Made by a program: the position numbers and the translations under genes. Below the pieces are notes generated by a model. It did not search any database. It saw only the letters and a program-made list of their open reading frames with translations, and was not told the origin of the DNA. A stretch of 64,000 bases of DNA, from assembly GCF_006345805.1 (NCBI RefSeq), contig NC_042997.1, positions 145,700,001 through 145,764,000 on the forward strand. The letters run 5' to 3'. This DNA comes from Octopus sinensis. Its lineage: Eukaryota. Positions 27,031 through 43,825 of this stretch are shown piece after piece. Each line of letters starts with the position of its first letter. The stretch's first letter is position 1.

Positions 27031-28712
27031 CACATACGAGTGGATGTATGCCTGTGTGTTTGTTTGTTTGTCTGTACGTGTGTGCATGTGTGTGTATGTG
27101 TGTGTAACAGAATATTGCCAAGTTCTGCATCTCAAAGGCTGTTTCATCTTCGTAGCCACAAAGAAAAAATCTTCAGCTCAATACTGGTATATTTCTCCCA
27201 TATCTGAGTCAGTGTTGCTGCTCACGCAAAACAATATACGAAAACCAGCTGATTGGCGACGACTCACTCACTACGACACTGCAACCAGTGAGTCACACGG
27301 GCGTTTTTCTTTCATATATTACTATACTGCAGTGAATTTTGCTCTTTCAACTACTACAAACCATTAAGTACCATGACGTTTTACTCCTTTAAACTAGCTA
27401 ACTTCATACAGTCTTTATCAAAGCCCGTCCGATGGACTTATTTTTCCTCCTCTTATACTTAAAAGAAATGTGTATCTTTAAATTGTTTGGTAGAAGGGGC
27501 TATGCACACGACCTCTAAGACGAGTGACATAGACTTGGTTAATTTTACTCCGGCAAGTTGCACGTTGACAACCGTGAGTAAATAATGGGTATTGATATAT
27601 TCAAAGAGTTGGCATTTTGTGTAAGACGAATGGCCGTAAGTTCCACTGTCAGATCAGACAAAATGGGCTCAATATAGGAGACAATGCGAAGAAGAAACGA
27701 GTTTGAAGTTCTTCAGTGTGAGAGGAACGAGACGAGCCAGCTTCAAGGAACGGTGGCCACTACAACACAAAGGCGTAGTCTTTTCTCATCTCTCAGATCC
27801 TGCACCGCCCGTTCTTCAGTCAATGTTTCTCAGAACTGTCACCTTGGAATCAGCACTACTGAGTTACAAACGGTGAACACGTTGAACTACGTGTTGGACA
27901 CCAATTAAATCGACGTCATTAATTTAAAAGACCTACAAAGAGATCATTAATATCATCCCTGTTTCTCTGAATAATTTTCAAATTAAAATAACCAGCTTTT
28001 CCCATATCCACAGATCCTTTAGTTTCCTTCCTATTTTAAACAATATCGTATTACGTAGATTCACTGGAGAATGGATTACGTAATAGATTTTTTATTTGAA
28101 TCACCGGTTGTTTTGAAACAATATGTTGAATAACAACGCGATTGTTATTGAGAACCAGTTGGAGAAGGATGGATTAATGAAGTAATAATGAAAGAGATAA
28201 AAACAGTTATTCTCAAAAGTAGATAAATAAAACAATATATACTTTATAAAATGCATATAACATTGTATGTTAACGAAACTAGCATCCATAATAAAGAAAT
28301 GCTGATTAAAAAATATAAAAAATAGAGACACGTTTAAATTACGTAAGAAATAACATGGGTATTTTGGATTTGTCAACTGTGTCTTCGTAGAAAACCTACA
28401 AAGACATACTAATAGAGCGGTTATCAACGTCTGAGATTATGAGGTTGAAGAGCTTCAATTGGATTTACAGCGGTTAGTGACTGAATTGGTAAAAGTTTCA
28501 GACAAAATAGCTTTCGGTGTTCAAATTCCACCGAGATAAACAAAATCTTGTTTTTGTTTCAGCCTTCTGTAGTTGATAAACTAAAGTACCAGTTAAGAAT
28601 TTGGATCGATATATTCAACAATGCGTCATAGCCCAAATTATGTGCCCTTGGGAAATGTTAAAGCGCATTATTATAAGTGGACCCACACACACCTATATAC
28701 GCAAATGAATAT

Positions 28713-28764
<52 letters not shown>

Positions 28765-28969
28765 ATGTTGGTCAAAAGTCACCTGACAGTAATTCAGAAC
28801 CATTTAATTCCAAGATTTATTTATGTTTAACAACTGAATGAATGTAATAAAAGCACCTAAATATGAAACCTAATGAAAATTATGCACACTGAAGTCATTC
28901 GTGGGTGAGACCTTTTTCCATTCGAGTCAATACAGAATAACAGATAGTATTTAGGGAATGTGTGTATAT

Positions 28970-29033
<64 letters not shown>

Positions 29034-29069
29034 TAGATAGATATAGATATAGATATATATCCATATATA

Positions 29070-29260
29070 TCCTTTTATTTTTTTTACTTCAGTCATTAGA
29101 CTGCAGCCAGACTGGGGCATTGTCTTTGAAGAATTTTTTTTTCTTCTCAAACCCTGGTACATATTCTATCGACTTCTGTTGCCGAACTGCTAAGTTACGG
29201 GGATGTAAAGACACCAATAGTGGTTTTCAAGCGGTGGTGACACACATACACACACATATA
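29070..29260 (-). mobile_element. SINE family A 3' half, whose linker hosts the Tc1 insertion
   Basis: cagtcattagactgcagccagactggggc...gctaagttacggggatgtaaagacacc, followed by (CA)n TA. Confidence 0.8.
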
Positions 29261-30888
29261 CAGTGGCGGCCAAAATGTTCAGAACGGCATTGTTTTCGTC
29301 AGAAAAGTAGATATAATTTTTTATCAAAGTTGTTTTATATTCTATAATTTTCACAGACAATACATACAATATCATTTGTTATTGCCTGAGATTTTGGTGT
29401 AATTTGAGAGGATAATACAAAAGTTATGGATGATTTAGTGATTTACTGCAAAACCCGTGGCGGCCAAAATGATCAGAACGGTTGCATTTACTCCGTGTTT
29501 TAAGTATATTTAACCGGCGAACTCTAATGTTTTGAATTTGTTTACGTGACGGTTCGTTTACTAAATATTAGTAAGAATATTTGAAGTGTACTTTGTTAAT
29601 ATAATGCCACTTACTCCGTTACCAATTCGTCAGCAGATTATTAAGCTTCGAAGGAAGGATAATTTAAGTATTGGATCTATTGCAAAGATTGTTAACAAGT
29701 CAAAAAGTGTTGTACACGGTATTCTTAAGGTCTACGATGATTGTGGTTCGTGTGAAGCAAGAAGGTTTACAGGTAGGCCAAGAAAAACGACCAAGAGAGA
29801 AGATTGTGCTATGGTAAAGTTGCTTAAAAAGGACAGATTTAAAACTGTTGCTGCTGTTTCTCGGAAAATGAGCATTGTATTGAAGAAAACTTTATCTCGA
29901 AAAACTGTGTCTCGTCGTTTAGTTGAACATGACCTACAAGCAAGAGCACCTGCAGTGAAGCCACTGATCAGCTCCAAGAATAAAAAGTGTCGTCTTACCT
30001 TTGCAACCGAACATGTGTTGTGGTCTCAAGAAAAATGGCAAACGGTGCATTTCAGTGATGAATCTAAGTTTATGTTATTTGGCTCAGATGGGAAAAGGTA
30101 CGTTCGTAGAAAAGTAGGTGAAAAATTGTCGCCTAAATGCCTTAAAACTAGTGTTAAATTCGGCGGAGGAAGTGTCATGGTTTGGGGCATGATATCTGGA
30201 GATGGTGTGGGCCCTTTGGTGCGATTACATGGAAAGGTATATGCAGGAGTTTATAAACAACTTGTAAAAGATCATGTCTTGCCTGTGCTGAGAAATTCAA
30301 CTAAGCGACCACCCATATTCATGCAGGACAATGCCCCATGTCACAAGGCTAAGGTGGTCATGAACTTCCTCAAGGCTAAAAAGGTTATTGTTATGGATTG
30401 GCCTGCTCAAAGCCCAGATCTCAATCCTATTGAAAATGTATGGAATATTCTAGGAGAACGTTCGAAAGCCAGAAATCCTAAAACAACTGAGCAATTATGG
30501 AATGCCCTTCAGAAAGAATGGAATAAGATCACCCAGCAAGAAATTGAAAATTTAATTTCCTCATGCAGTCGAAGATGTCAGAGTGTGATTGAAGCTAAAG
30601 GGCTTTACACTAAATATTAAATAATTCCAGTATTCTCTGTCATTTTTGATTATTTTGTTATTTTTTCAACCCTTCTGATCATTTTGGCCGCCATGAATTT
30701 TGCAGCAAATCACTAAATCATCTATAAGTTTTGTATTATCCTCTCAAATTACACCAAAATCTCCCAAAATAACAATTAATATTGTATCTATTGTCTGTGA
30801 AAATTATAGAATATAAAACAACTTTGATAAAAACATATCTACTTTTCTGACGAAAACAATGCCGTTCTGAACATTTTGGCCGCAACTG
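29261..30888 (+). mobile_element. Full-length Tc1-family DNA transposon, 1628 bp, IR/DR ends, TA target duplication
   Basis: TIRs at 29261-29484 and 30668-30888, each with outer and inner copies of ggcggccaaaatg.tcagaa. TA at 29259-29260 and 30889-30890. Confidence 0.97.
29604..30620 (+). CDS. Tc1-type DD34E transposase, 338 aa, uninterrupted
   Basis: N-terminal HTH region, TGRPRKT, FSDESKF, VMVWGMI, MQDNAPCH, WPAQSPDLNPIENVW. There are 34 residues between the second D and the E. Confidence 0.96.
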   Translation: MPLTPLPIRQQIIKLRRKDNLSIGSIAKIVNKSKSVVHGILKVYDDCGSCEARRFTGRPRKTTKREDCAMVKLLKKDRFKTVAAVSRKMSIVLKKTLSRKTVSRRLVEHDLQARAPAVKPLISSKNKKCRLTFATEHVLWSQEKWQTVHFSDESKFMLFGSDGKRYVRRKVGEKLSPKCLKTSVKFGGGSVMVWGMISGDGVGPLVRLHGKVYAGVYKQLVKDHVLPVLRNSTKRPPIFMQDNAPCHKAKVVMNFLKAKKVIVMDWPAQSPDLNPIENVWNILGERSKARNPKTTEQLWNALQKEWNKITQQEIENLISSCSRRCQSVIEAKGLYTKY

Positions 30889-30904
30889 TATATAGGTATA
30901 TATA

Positions 30905-30958
<54 letters not shown>

Positions 30959-31027
30959 AATGAATACCGAACTGGCTTCATCCTTCAGTTTAAGTACCTA
31001 ATTCAACTGAATCCTAATTATATATAT

Positions 31028-31069
<42 letters not shown>

Positions 31070-31072
31070 ATA

Positions 31073-31433
31073 TTCGTAGCCACTTCGATATGACTGCTCC
31101 TTTCGAACGGATGTTAATGCGATTTTTCAAAACCAAGAGGACATCTTCTTTAGCTGATTAACAATACTCAGCTACATCCGATTAATAGCGAGCAGAAGAA
31201 CGAACTCCTACCACCTTCTAGCACTAGCAACGGGACCAGTACTGGACATCTTGTCTATTAGAGATAGTCCGCTGGTCCCGTCGCTGGAATGGGGTAGGGA
31301 TTTGTTCCCCTACTCGCAATGTATCGGAGGCAGCTGTGCTTCGTTAACCAGCTTGAGGAGATATCCGCTTGAGGATTAAAAGATCGTAGTAAAGTATATT
31401 CGAACGGTACAGCCATGTTGAAATGACTACGAA
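31073..31433. repeat. Old 360-bp imperfect palindrome (foldback-like)
   Basis: The arms align along their whole length around a small loop near 31252-31261, e.g. agcaacgggaccag versus ctggtcccgtcgct. Confidence 0.8.
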
Positions 31434-31550
31434 AATTACTTTCTAGTACAACTACTGCGATCATCTCTTAGAGAGATTTTGTAACTAGCTTTTTAGCTTT
31501 TATACCCTTCCACCTCTTATATCAGACCAGACAGAAATGTGTATCTTTAA

Positions 31551-31767
31551 TTCTTTATTGCCCAAAAGGGGCTAAACATAGAGGGGACAAACAAGGACAG
31601 AGAAAGGAATTAAGTCGATTACATCTACCCCAGTGCGTAACGGGTGCTTAATTTATCGACCCCGAAAGGATGAAAGGCAAAGTCGACCTCGGCGGAATTT
31701 GAACTCAGAAGGTAACGGCAGACGAAACTACGCTAAGCATTTTGCCCGGCGTGCTAACGTTTCTGCC
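31551..31767 (-). mobile_element. SINE family C, near full length
   Basis: B-box-like gagttcaaattcc on the minus strand and central gcctttcatcctttcggggtcgataa, which resembles the Meta-type SINE domain from recall. Confidence 0.9.
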
Positions 31768-31894
31768 TGGTACTTCATCAGGGCATTTATTTATGATGAT
31801 GATGATGATGATGATCATGATGATCATGATGATCATGATCATGATCATGATCATGATCATGATCATGATGATGATCATTGTCATCATCATCATA

Positions 31895-32741
31895 CGAAGT
31901 CTGATCAATAAGTAACTGGACTGCTGCAATAGTAGCGAAAGCACGCAGAGTAAAGCTGCTTGGCAAAGATTGACCTGAGACTTAGCTGTGCATGTGCCCT
32001 AAGTTTAACATTCTAGCTCACTTCTGCTATTTACAGCAGTGCTTCGAAGGAAGGTGTGTAGCGTGTAATCGTCGCATTGACCAACACAGAGAAATTTGTT
32101 ATAGCGATACCTGCCCAGAGGCTTACGCAAAATTGCAGAAAGTGTATGAAGAGAAGTGTACGAGTAGCTCAGACGTTTCCAAAATGGCCGAACAAATGTC
32201 GAGATTGATATACGTTCTGGGAGACTCGCAACCAGCAGAACTGCGAAAGACATCGCAGATGTGCATGCAACTGTGAGAGGATATCGTCAAATCATCATCC
32301 ATGAGTTATCAGGGGATGTGCAGATTAGTTATGATTTGGGTATGAGACGCGTGTCTGCCAAATTTGTACCAAAATCTGCTTTCAGCTGACCAAAAAAGAC
32401 ACTCGGGGTTCAGTTGTACAAGATCTCCTAGCTTGTGCAGAGAACGATGAAACTTTTTGAAAACTTTGCGCAGGTCCCTGAGCAGGTAAAGCCAAGCTTT
32501 TGGCAAAATTTGATGAAGATTATCTGCTCAACCTTCTCTGTCATGGTCAATGCGGCGATGATCACACGCTACATATCTTCCTTCCAAGCACTGCTGTAAA
32601 CAGTGGAAGTGAGCTAGAACGTTAAAACTTAGTACATATGCACAACAGAGTTCAAGGTCAATCTTTGCCAAGCAGCTCTACTCTGCGCGCCTTAGTTTCG
32701 TCACTATGGCAGCGGTCCGGATACTTATTGATCAGACCACG
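31895..32741 (+). mobile_element. Internally deleted mariner element
   Basis: TIRs (TA)cgaagtctgatcaataagta and tacttattgatcagaccacg(TA). Remnants EAYAKLQKVYEEKC, RSGRLATSRT and LGMRRVSAKFVPK. Confidence 0.88.
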
Positions 32742-33039
32742 TATAATTTTTTAGTGTTTGGTAGTTTGAGACAAATTTCTACTGCATTACCTACTACACC
32801 TCCATGTTAACGAGGTGTGTGCCGCATTGAGTGTTCTTTTCTGTTGATGGAAATGCACAAATTCTTCCCGTAATGTACTGAGTTAATTTTCTTTCACTTG
32901 AGGATTGGTGCAGTCTTTTGTATTCCTGCTTGTATTATGTGTTGAGTATGTAATGTGTTGGTTTCATTAACTTGCTGGCGGATGTTTATTTCGCTGGATA
33001 ATTGCTATATAGAGTGTCTTGTGTTTGTGGGTTGCTTTG

Positions 33040-33465
33040 TTTAGATTGTATAATTGAATTGATAGTCTTTCGTAGGATATAGAATGCTCCTAGCATAGCT
33101 ATTTTTGGTTACTGTGTAGTGTTGAGGATCCAGGTATAGCTTCAAGTTTTTGTTCATATGTTTTGTTTTATCAAGCCCAAAGCTCCAATTATTATTGATA
33201 TTGTTGTCACCTTCATACCTCATATCTTCTTGAATACTTCAATTTCAAGGTTTTTGTACTCTGGAAATTTCCCCACGTCTTTTTAAACAATATTTTGATC
33301 AGAAGTGCCTGCAACGTCTATCAGAAAGTAGGTGTTTTTTTCCACCAATCTTTGATTTTTATGTCTGGATGATTAGCTGTTATTTCTTTGTCAGTTTGAA
33401 CCAGCATATCCCAGATGATTGTAGCCTAGTCATTGCCTTCTACCTTGTTTGGCACATGTTTATAC

Positions 33466-33466
<1 letters not shown>
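33040..33466 (-). mobile_element. R4/Dong-type RLE LINE 3' fragment A (old)
   Basis: EYKNLEIEV...IIIGALGLIK...KIAMLGAFYILRK. The 5' break lies at (TTA)n. Confidence 0.75.
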
Positions 33467-33538
<72 letters not shown>

Positions 33539-33729
33539 CATTACTATCATCATCAACATCATTATTATTATTATTATTATTATTACTATTACTATCATCA
33601 TCATCAACATCATCATCATTATTATTATTATTATTATTATTACTATAACTATTACTATTACTATTACTATCATCATCATCATCATCATCATCATCATTAT
33701 TATTATTATCATTATTATCATTATTATTA

Positions 33730-33777
<48 letters not shown>

Positions 33778-33789
33778 TATTATTATTAT
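33467..33789. repeat. (TTA)n/(TCA)n microsatellite
   Basis: Directly visible. Confidence 0.97.
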
Positions 33790-37000
<3,211 letters not shown>

Positions 37001-37144
37001 TACTTTTAATCTGCATATTTGTTACAATCACTTGCCGAGACACACCCAGCGTTCTATGGCGAGTGAAGGAGAAGAGGTGTTACAGTATGACTGAAAGTTT
37101 TGGGAGGGGAAGTGGCAGGGGCAGTAACGAAATATCTTCATGTA

Positions 37145-38699
37145 ATATTTGTTTGGCTTTTGCTTTGTATTTATGCAAGTTGACTCCTAGTCTCACTCAG
37201 AGACCTCAAGAGGCAACGAGGGTGACGTATTTTTGAGTTTGCTCAAAGTATTGCTCAAGAGAATGTATGTGAAAACATAAGAAAATTAGAAGTTTGTTAT
37301 AAAAGTAATTTGATTCTAAGATGATAGTGTGATGTTAAGGTGATAGTTAAAGGTGTTTGCTAGTATGTACATTTCAAAAGTACTTTGCCGCTGTGTACAG
37401 ATTAAAATGTTTTGGGGATTACAAACATAAGCATTTTTCAAAATTTTTGTCGCGACACATTTTATTTAACTCGCGACCCACTGAAGAGTCGGGACACACA
37501 GTTTGAACAACGCTGGATATTCTGCACTTTGCACCCACTTGTGTATCTTTTTCTTTCCTTCATTTTTTTTTTGTCGCGACCCACTGAAGGGTCGGGATCC
37601 ACAGTTTGAAAAACGCTGACATAGACAATATTTTTTTAGGATATGAGCAGTTCCCCCGAGCACTATTTTTTGAATTTCTTCCAGTTTTGGATTTCCTGGT
37701 ATCTGAGCTAGGTAGCAATCAGCCCATTGTTGCTATCATTTCTAGGGCACCTATGACAACAGATATTATTTTAGTCTTGAGGTTCTACAATTTGCCAATT
37801 TCTATTTCAATATCTTTATACTTGCTCAGCTTTTGATAGATCTTGACAGATACATTTATGTCGACTGAATCATAAATATCAAGAGGAGTCATGATTTTTG
37901 TCTGAAAACCTTCAATATAATGTCTGGCGTGTTTGCATCTATCTTTCTGTCAGTTTGAACAGTAAAGTCCCAAAAGAGTGCGATGTGATCATTTTCAAGC
38001 ACTGGAGGTGGTTTGCTTTCCCTACCCGATGAACATACTGTGCTACTCTGTAATACCTATTGAGATACTCTGTAGGCACAAGAAGACTGCGCATGGAGAC
38101 AACATGGTAGATGGTTTCATTGTGGTGTTTACGTACACGACGTGTTGGGCTACTGCCCTTCTTTAAGATGTTAGACTGGTAGCTTCTTGTAGGCAGGCAT
38201 TGATCTTTGACTGCAATGATAAACCCTTTTATCTCTAATATCATACCAGAAGACACTAACCAGAAGACACTAAAGGGTTTTGTCAACATCGACATTATTA
38301 TTTCTCTTTGGGTATTTGCCATTCATAGTTTTTCTTGCCATTTGCCAGTAAGAATATCCAAGGCAGCAGCTTTAGCACGGGTTTTCATAAGCTTAGCTTT
38401 TTCTGTGCTTGTTTCCAGTACGGCTAATTCTGGGATTTAGATATTTCTTTGCCTGTTTTGTTACTGAGTATGACGTTTTCTTGTTCTCATGTTTTAAGAC
38501 AAGTTTTAACATCCAGTTATCAGAGTTTTTCAGGTAAGTGTTTGGGTCAGTTGTGGCAATCTTCATTGTCAATTCCAGTTGTAAACGTGCACGTCCAACC
38601 TTTTTCTTGGCAGGTATACTCGTTCTACCTTAGGGTGGTGCATTGTATTCATTATCAAGAGTTTTCGTATTTTTCTGTCTGGCTTAGAGATTTCAGTTA

Positions 38700-38700
<1 letters not shown>
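37145..38700 (-). mobile_element. R4/Dong-type fragment D (older relative of B, with deletions)
   Basis: The 3' end resembles that of B (gcttttgctttg...agtctcac.cagagacctcaagag). Reads GFIIAVKDQCLPTRSY and HHPKVERVYLPRK. The 5' break lies at (TTA)n 38700-38960. Confidence 0.85.
37428..37618. mobile_element. hAT/Charlie-like MITE pieces nested in fragment D
   Basis: Two copies of gtcgcgacccactgaag.gtcggga...cagtttgaa.aacgctg (a right end) and one degenerate left end. Confidence 0.65.
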
Positions 38701-38768
<68 letters not shown>

Positions 38769-38778
38769 TTATTATTAT

Positions 38779-38814
<36 letters not shown>

Positions 38815-38828
38815 TATTATTATTATTA

Positions 38829-38861
<33 letters not shown>

Positions 38862-38885
38862 CATCATCATCATCATTATTATTAA

Positions 38886-38960
<75 letters not shown>

Positions 38961-39461
38961 CTCTTTACGACAGGTTTTGTTGGAACTTCGGGAGTCTTAC
39001 ATGTTATTCATTCTTTTCCGCTATCTAATACTCTCCTGATTATTCTGGCCGTGCCAAAGAGTATTATTATTATTATTATTGTTATTATTATTATTTTCTT
39101 CTTTTTATTGTGTGACATATTCTCGTCCACAATTGCGTATATCAAATCAATCTCAACTTTGCCCTGTTTTAACTGTATCCTAGGAGCTCAGCATTTATAA
39201 ATCTTCCATTTCTACCTATCCATGCATTCCCTTTTGAGGCAGGTGAGCGTTATCTGGCTAAAACTGCTTATCTGTAAATGCCAACTGGTATAAATCTTCG
39301 AGAATGCAGAAACTTTCTGGACAATGACTGTATCCCGGAATCTCTTCAATCATCATTCTGGGAATTAAGGTGTTCCATGAACCTTAATTCATTTTCTGCT
39401 CTCCCTTTTATACTTTATCAATATAATTCCTGTCACACACGCACTGACAGAATCACACACA

Positions 39462-39545
<84 letters not shown>

Positions 39546-40006
39546 CATACAAATGCACAGACATAAGCATCACACATACGCATACATTCCTAAAAACCGT
39601 TTGCGCCAAACTAAATTATTCTGTTATCTTTTATACAAACACTTAATCCCTATGCAACTTTAAGACCTTTCTCTGGGCCTGCTTTATACTCTATTTTATA
39701 GACACTCCGAAATCATTCGGCAATGTAGATTAAACAATCGTTCCTTAGTAGTTCTAGAATATAGGCATTATTGGTGTCAAGGGAAAAAAATCTGAATATT
39801 ACTTCCTCCCTAATCACCATGATAAACAACGGAGACCATATCACTCCTTTAAATGCTCAGTGACAAAATTCGATAATCATTTACGGTAATTATGCATTAT
39901 CAATTAGTGGAAGTTGGTTTGTAATGGCTGAGTTTCCTTTTATGATTTGGGATACGTCACTGTTCTGGATTATATCAACTGCTTTTAAGAGACTGTGTGT
40001 ATGTGT

Positions 40007-40038
<32 letters not shown>

Positions 40039-40672
40039 GTGGGGGTATGATATAATGTCCCGTCCAACAATTATGTGTTAGGATCTATATAAATTCACAT
40101 TTCTAAGCTGTTCGCTCTGATGGTGGGCCTCTGTGCCTGAAATATATAAAGGTTACTCAATTTTCAATTTTCGCATTGTTAGAAACTCTCAGACTCCATT
40201 ATTTGTTATTTTACTTCTGTATCACAATGTTTCCAGCAAATTATGATGCTCCCCGGGAAATATATAGATAATGTAGAAATATATTGATTTGTAGAGATAA
40301 TGGTGAAGAAGAATGCTACTTCATTGAGTACCTGAGCCTGTATAATGGTGATTGAAAAGATTCTGGGATATAACCACCATCGCAGAATGTTTTCCTTCTT
40401 CAAACAATCTAAGTCTTTACAAGGTGAAAACTTGCACTATTCTACGACGAACAAACATCTATTCTAACTTGATTATATGAAGGAGAGGGGAAAATATATG
40501 TCTAATCATCTGGTCACCAAATTATCTGACTACTAACTTACCGTTGAGTAGCATACTTCAACTAAAGCAGTAAATAATGGAAACACGTGAAGTATAACAA
40601 AATAAATAGTTTTTAATTCTAATGAAACCGAGCTGGCGAGGTTAAGGTGAGCAGAAGAAGAGTTAAATTTTG

Positions 40673-40905
40673 CAGGACTGAATCGATTATCGCGGGCGTT
40701 ACGTTCTAAAAACCCGTGATAGGTGAAAATCCGCGAAGTAAAAACTGCTGTAATGTATATTTTTATTTTCCTTTTTTATAATTTGTATATATTTATTTTA
40801 TTATAAATGCAAAACAACACCACGGAGGAATCGACGTAAGCTTAAATAATAAACCGCGATAGGTGAACCGCGATAGGTGAACCGCGATATGGCGAGTGAT
40901 TACTG
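40673..40905. mobile_element. Tigger/pogo-like MITE
   Basis: Right end cgcgatatggcgagtgattactg and degenerate left end ...gattatcgcgggcgttacgttc, with repeated aaccgcgata(ggtg) units. Confidence 0.65.
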
Positions 40906-41213
40906 CAATTTAAATCTACCAGAAAAAAATATGCTAAACAGAGGACAGAAAAAAAAAGTAATGAAATACGAAACCAGTATAAAAATTAAGTTTTTAGTGC
41001 AATAAAGCTTATGGCATACCCAACTCTGTATATAGGACACAGGGCGATATTTTGAGACACTTCTTTGTCGAAAAAATTGCCTCTTATATTACCTCAAATG
41101 CAGTATATTAAGTGTATAATGATTTTAAAGAATAACTTGGTTCTTTTAATGTTCATTGGAAGTTTTCCGTTTGTCTTTTTCTCTTCATTGATGAAACAGT
41201 GTTTGCGATATAT

Positions 41214-41461
41214 CAGTGGTTCTCAACCGGGGTCTACATGACCCCTGAGGGTCCGTTTAAGATTTTATTGTTAAAATTTATGTATAATAAATTTCGTTAT
41301 ACCTCTACAATACACAAAATATATTAACAATTTTGTTTTTATACAATTCCCAATCATATTTAATTATAGAAATATAATAGTATTGTTTAAACATCGAAAT
41401 AGCTATGAGGATCCACTCGAGTAAAATAGGAACGAAATAGGTCTTTAGGTAAAACCCACTG
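41214..41461. mobile_element. hAT/Charlie-like MITE
   Basis: Ends cagtggttctcaacc and ggtaaaacccactg (degenerate TIR). The target duplication is not clear. Confidence 0.65.
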
Positions 41462-41887
41462 CTTTAGACAAATTGTATCTGTTCACTTGTCTTTGGTGAG
41501 ATGGTTGATTCCTTAATCGTTTCAGGGAAAGAAGATAATAAGGAAAACTAAATTGTATTATTGAATGTAATACGTGGAAATAAAACGCAAAAAATACTTT
41601 TTGATATATTCTTTGCAGTATAAGTTGTTTACCTTAACCTTTGATATTTTAAAAACTTCAACAGATATGAAATAAATCATGTTAGTGGTGGAATTCGAAA
41701 TAGATTAACCAATAAACAATAAAAAGTAGAAAAAAAAGAAAAAAAACATGCGATAAGAAAAAATGGGCAGTCTTCGACTTCTTTCCTATTCATGTGGCAC
41801 TTTTTCGCCTAATATTCTATGTGCTATTATTTATAGCTTTATCTCCTTCGAGTTCTACCATTTACATGATTTATTCCTCGATATATT

Positions 41888-42099
41888 GATTTCAAATTTT
41901 GGCACGAGACCAGCAGTTTCAGGGGTGGGGTAAGTCGATTAAATCGACACCAGTCGTTATCTGGTACTTATTTTATCGAGCCCCGAAAGGTTGAAAGGCA
42001 AAGCCGACCTCTGCGGAATTTGAACTCAGAACGTAAAGACGGAAGAAATGTCACAAAGCATTTTGCTGGCGTGCTAACGATTCTGCCAGCTCGTTGCCA
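41888..42099 (-). mobile_element. SINE family C
   Basis: Same motifs as the copy at 31551. Confidence 0.88.
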
Positions 42100-42146
42100 T
42101 TGTTATATTTCCTTATTCCTTGTTCCTTGTTATATTTCTTAATTTT

Positions 42147-42364
42147 AAGACAGCTAGCTGGCAGAATCGTTTGCAAGCTGAGCAAAATGCTTAGAGGCAA
42201 TTCGTCCGTCTTTGCCTTTCTGAGTTCCAATTCCGACGAGGTTTACTTTGCCTTTCATCCTTTCTGGGTTGATAATATAAGTACTAGTTGGGTACTGGGG
42301 TCGATTTAATCGACTTAGCTCACCCCGCTCCGAAATTGCTGGCCTTGTGCCAAAAATTGAAACC
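42147..42364 (+). mobile_element. SINE family C
   Basis: aagacagctagctggcagaatcgtt...gcctttcatcctttctgggttgata...gccttgtgccaaaa. Confidence 0.88.
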
Positions 42365-42710
42365 GATAAAATTTTTAATGTTAACAAAATCTTTATGGTA
42401 AACCAAAATAGAAAAACAGTGCATACGTGTTACTATTTTTCTTTTTAGTTTTCCTCTGCGATTGGCACCGTCTTAAATCCAATGTTTAGTTTCACAATGA
42501 TAAAAACCAATATTCTGATCTTTATAATTATTCTACTAATTAATTTCTACACATGTCTGCATGTCAGAAAGTATCTCAAACGGGTATCCCGAAATCCGAA
42601 GAGAAGAAGGCAAAAAAAAGAAAAAATGAACAACTTGATGTCAATGTTAACCGCGTCCACAGAATCAGCAATGACAATAACATCAAGGGCAACAGCAACA
42701 AAATGGGTTC

Positions 42711-42714
<4 letters not shown>

Positions 42715-42808
<94 letters not shown>

Positions 42809-42913
42809 AAATATATATATATATATAATATATATATATATACATATATACATATAAATATATATATGTATAAACATATATATGCATATATATATATACA
42901 TATACATACATAC

Positions 42914-42951
<38 letters not shown>

Positions 42952-42955
42952 CTCC

Positions 42956-43040
<85 letters not shown>

Positions 43041-43696
43041 CCTCTTGTTGCTTCTCTCTCCCACCACTCTCTGTTCCTCACTCCTCTCCTCTCACTGTCC
43101 TTTTCTCCCTTCTTGTCTCTGTACGGAGTCTGTCTGTCTGTCTGTCTTCTCTCCCCACCACTCTCTCTCTGTCTTTTTGTCTTTCTTCGTTATTACACGA
43201 ATTACTTCATCGTCGCAATGGTGTGACAGCAGTGACGTTGTTTTATTATTACTGCACACAGCCGAGTCATCTTTCATTAAGACAGTTAATTTTTATCACA
43301 GACATTTGTGCATCGCAGATGTAGGAAATGACGGGCGCATTACTAACATCTTTAACGACACAATAGTCTAGAAATGTAAATATTTATTTTACCATGTAAT
43401 CTAAACAAAACACACACATACACACATACGCGTACACATGCAGACACACTGATGCGCAGACAAATACATACTTGCATTACCACATGCACATACTCATACT
43501 TACTTTCTTATGCGTGCACACAGACATATATATATATATAGAGAGAGACATACTCACATCAACACGCATCTTCCAATTGTCTATATTTATCTATATTCAT
43601 GTATGTATGTATATTATATATGTATGTATATATATATGTATATATGTATATATATATATGTATATATGTATACATATGTATATATGTATATACATG

Positions 43697-43727
<31 letters not shown>

Positions 43728-43763
43728 GTATATATATTTGTATATATGTATATATGTATGTAT

Positions 43764-43825
<62 letters not shown>

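Noticed and set aside
27684-27908. SFLISQIL, resembling an eh1 motif
   Set aside because: It is immediately preceded by an in-frame stop, with no start codon or convincing exon context.
39120-39420. Possible RTE endonuclease fragment on the minus strand
   Set aside because: The motifs are too decayed to assign without a profile search.
42482-42810. Short basic or hydrophobic ORFs that might be an exon
   Set aside because: No recognisable homology, and they run into a (TA)n array.
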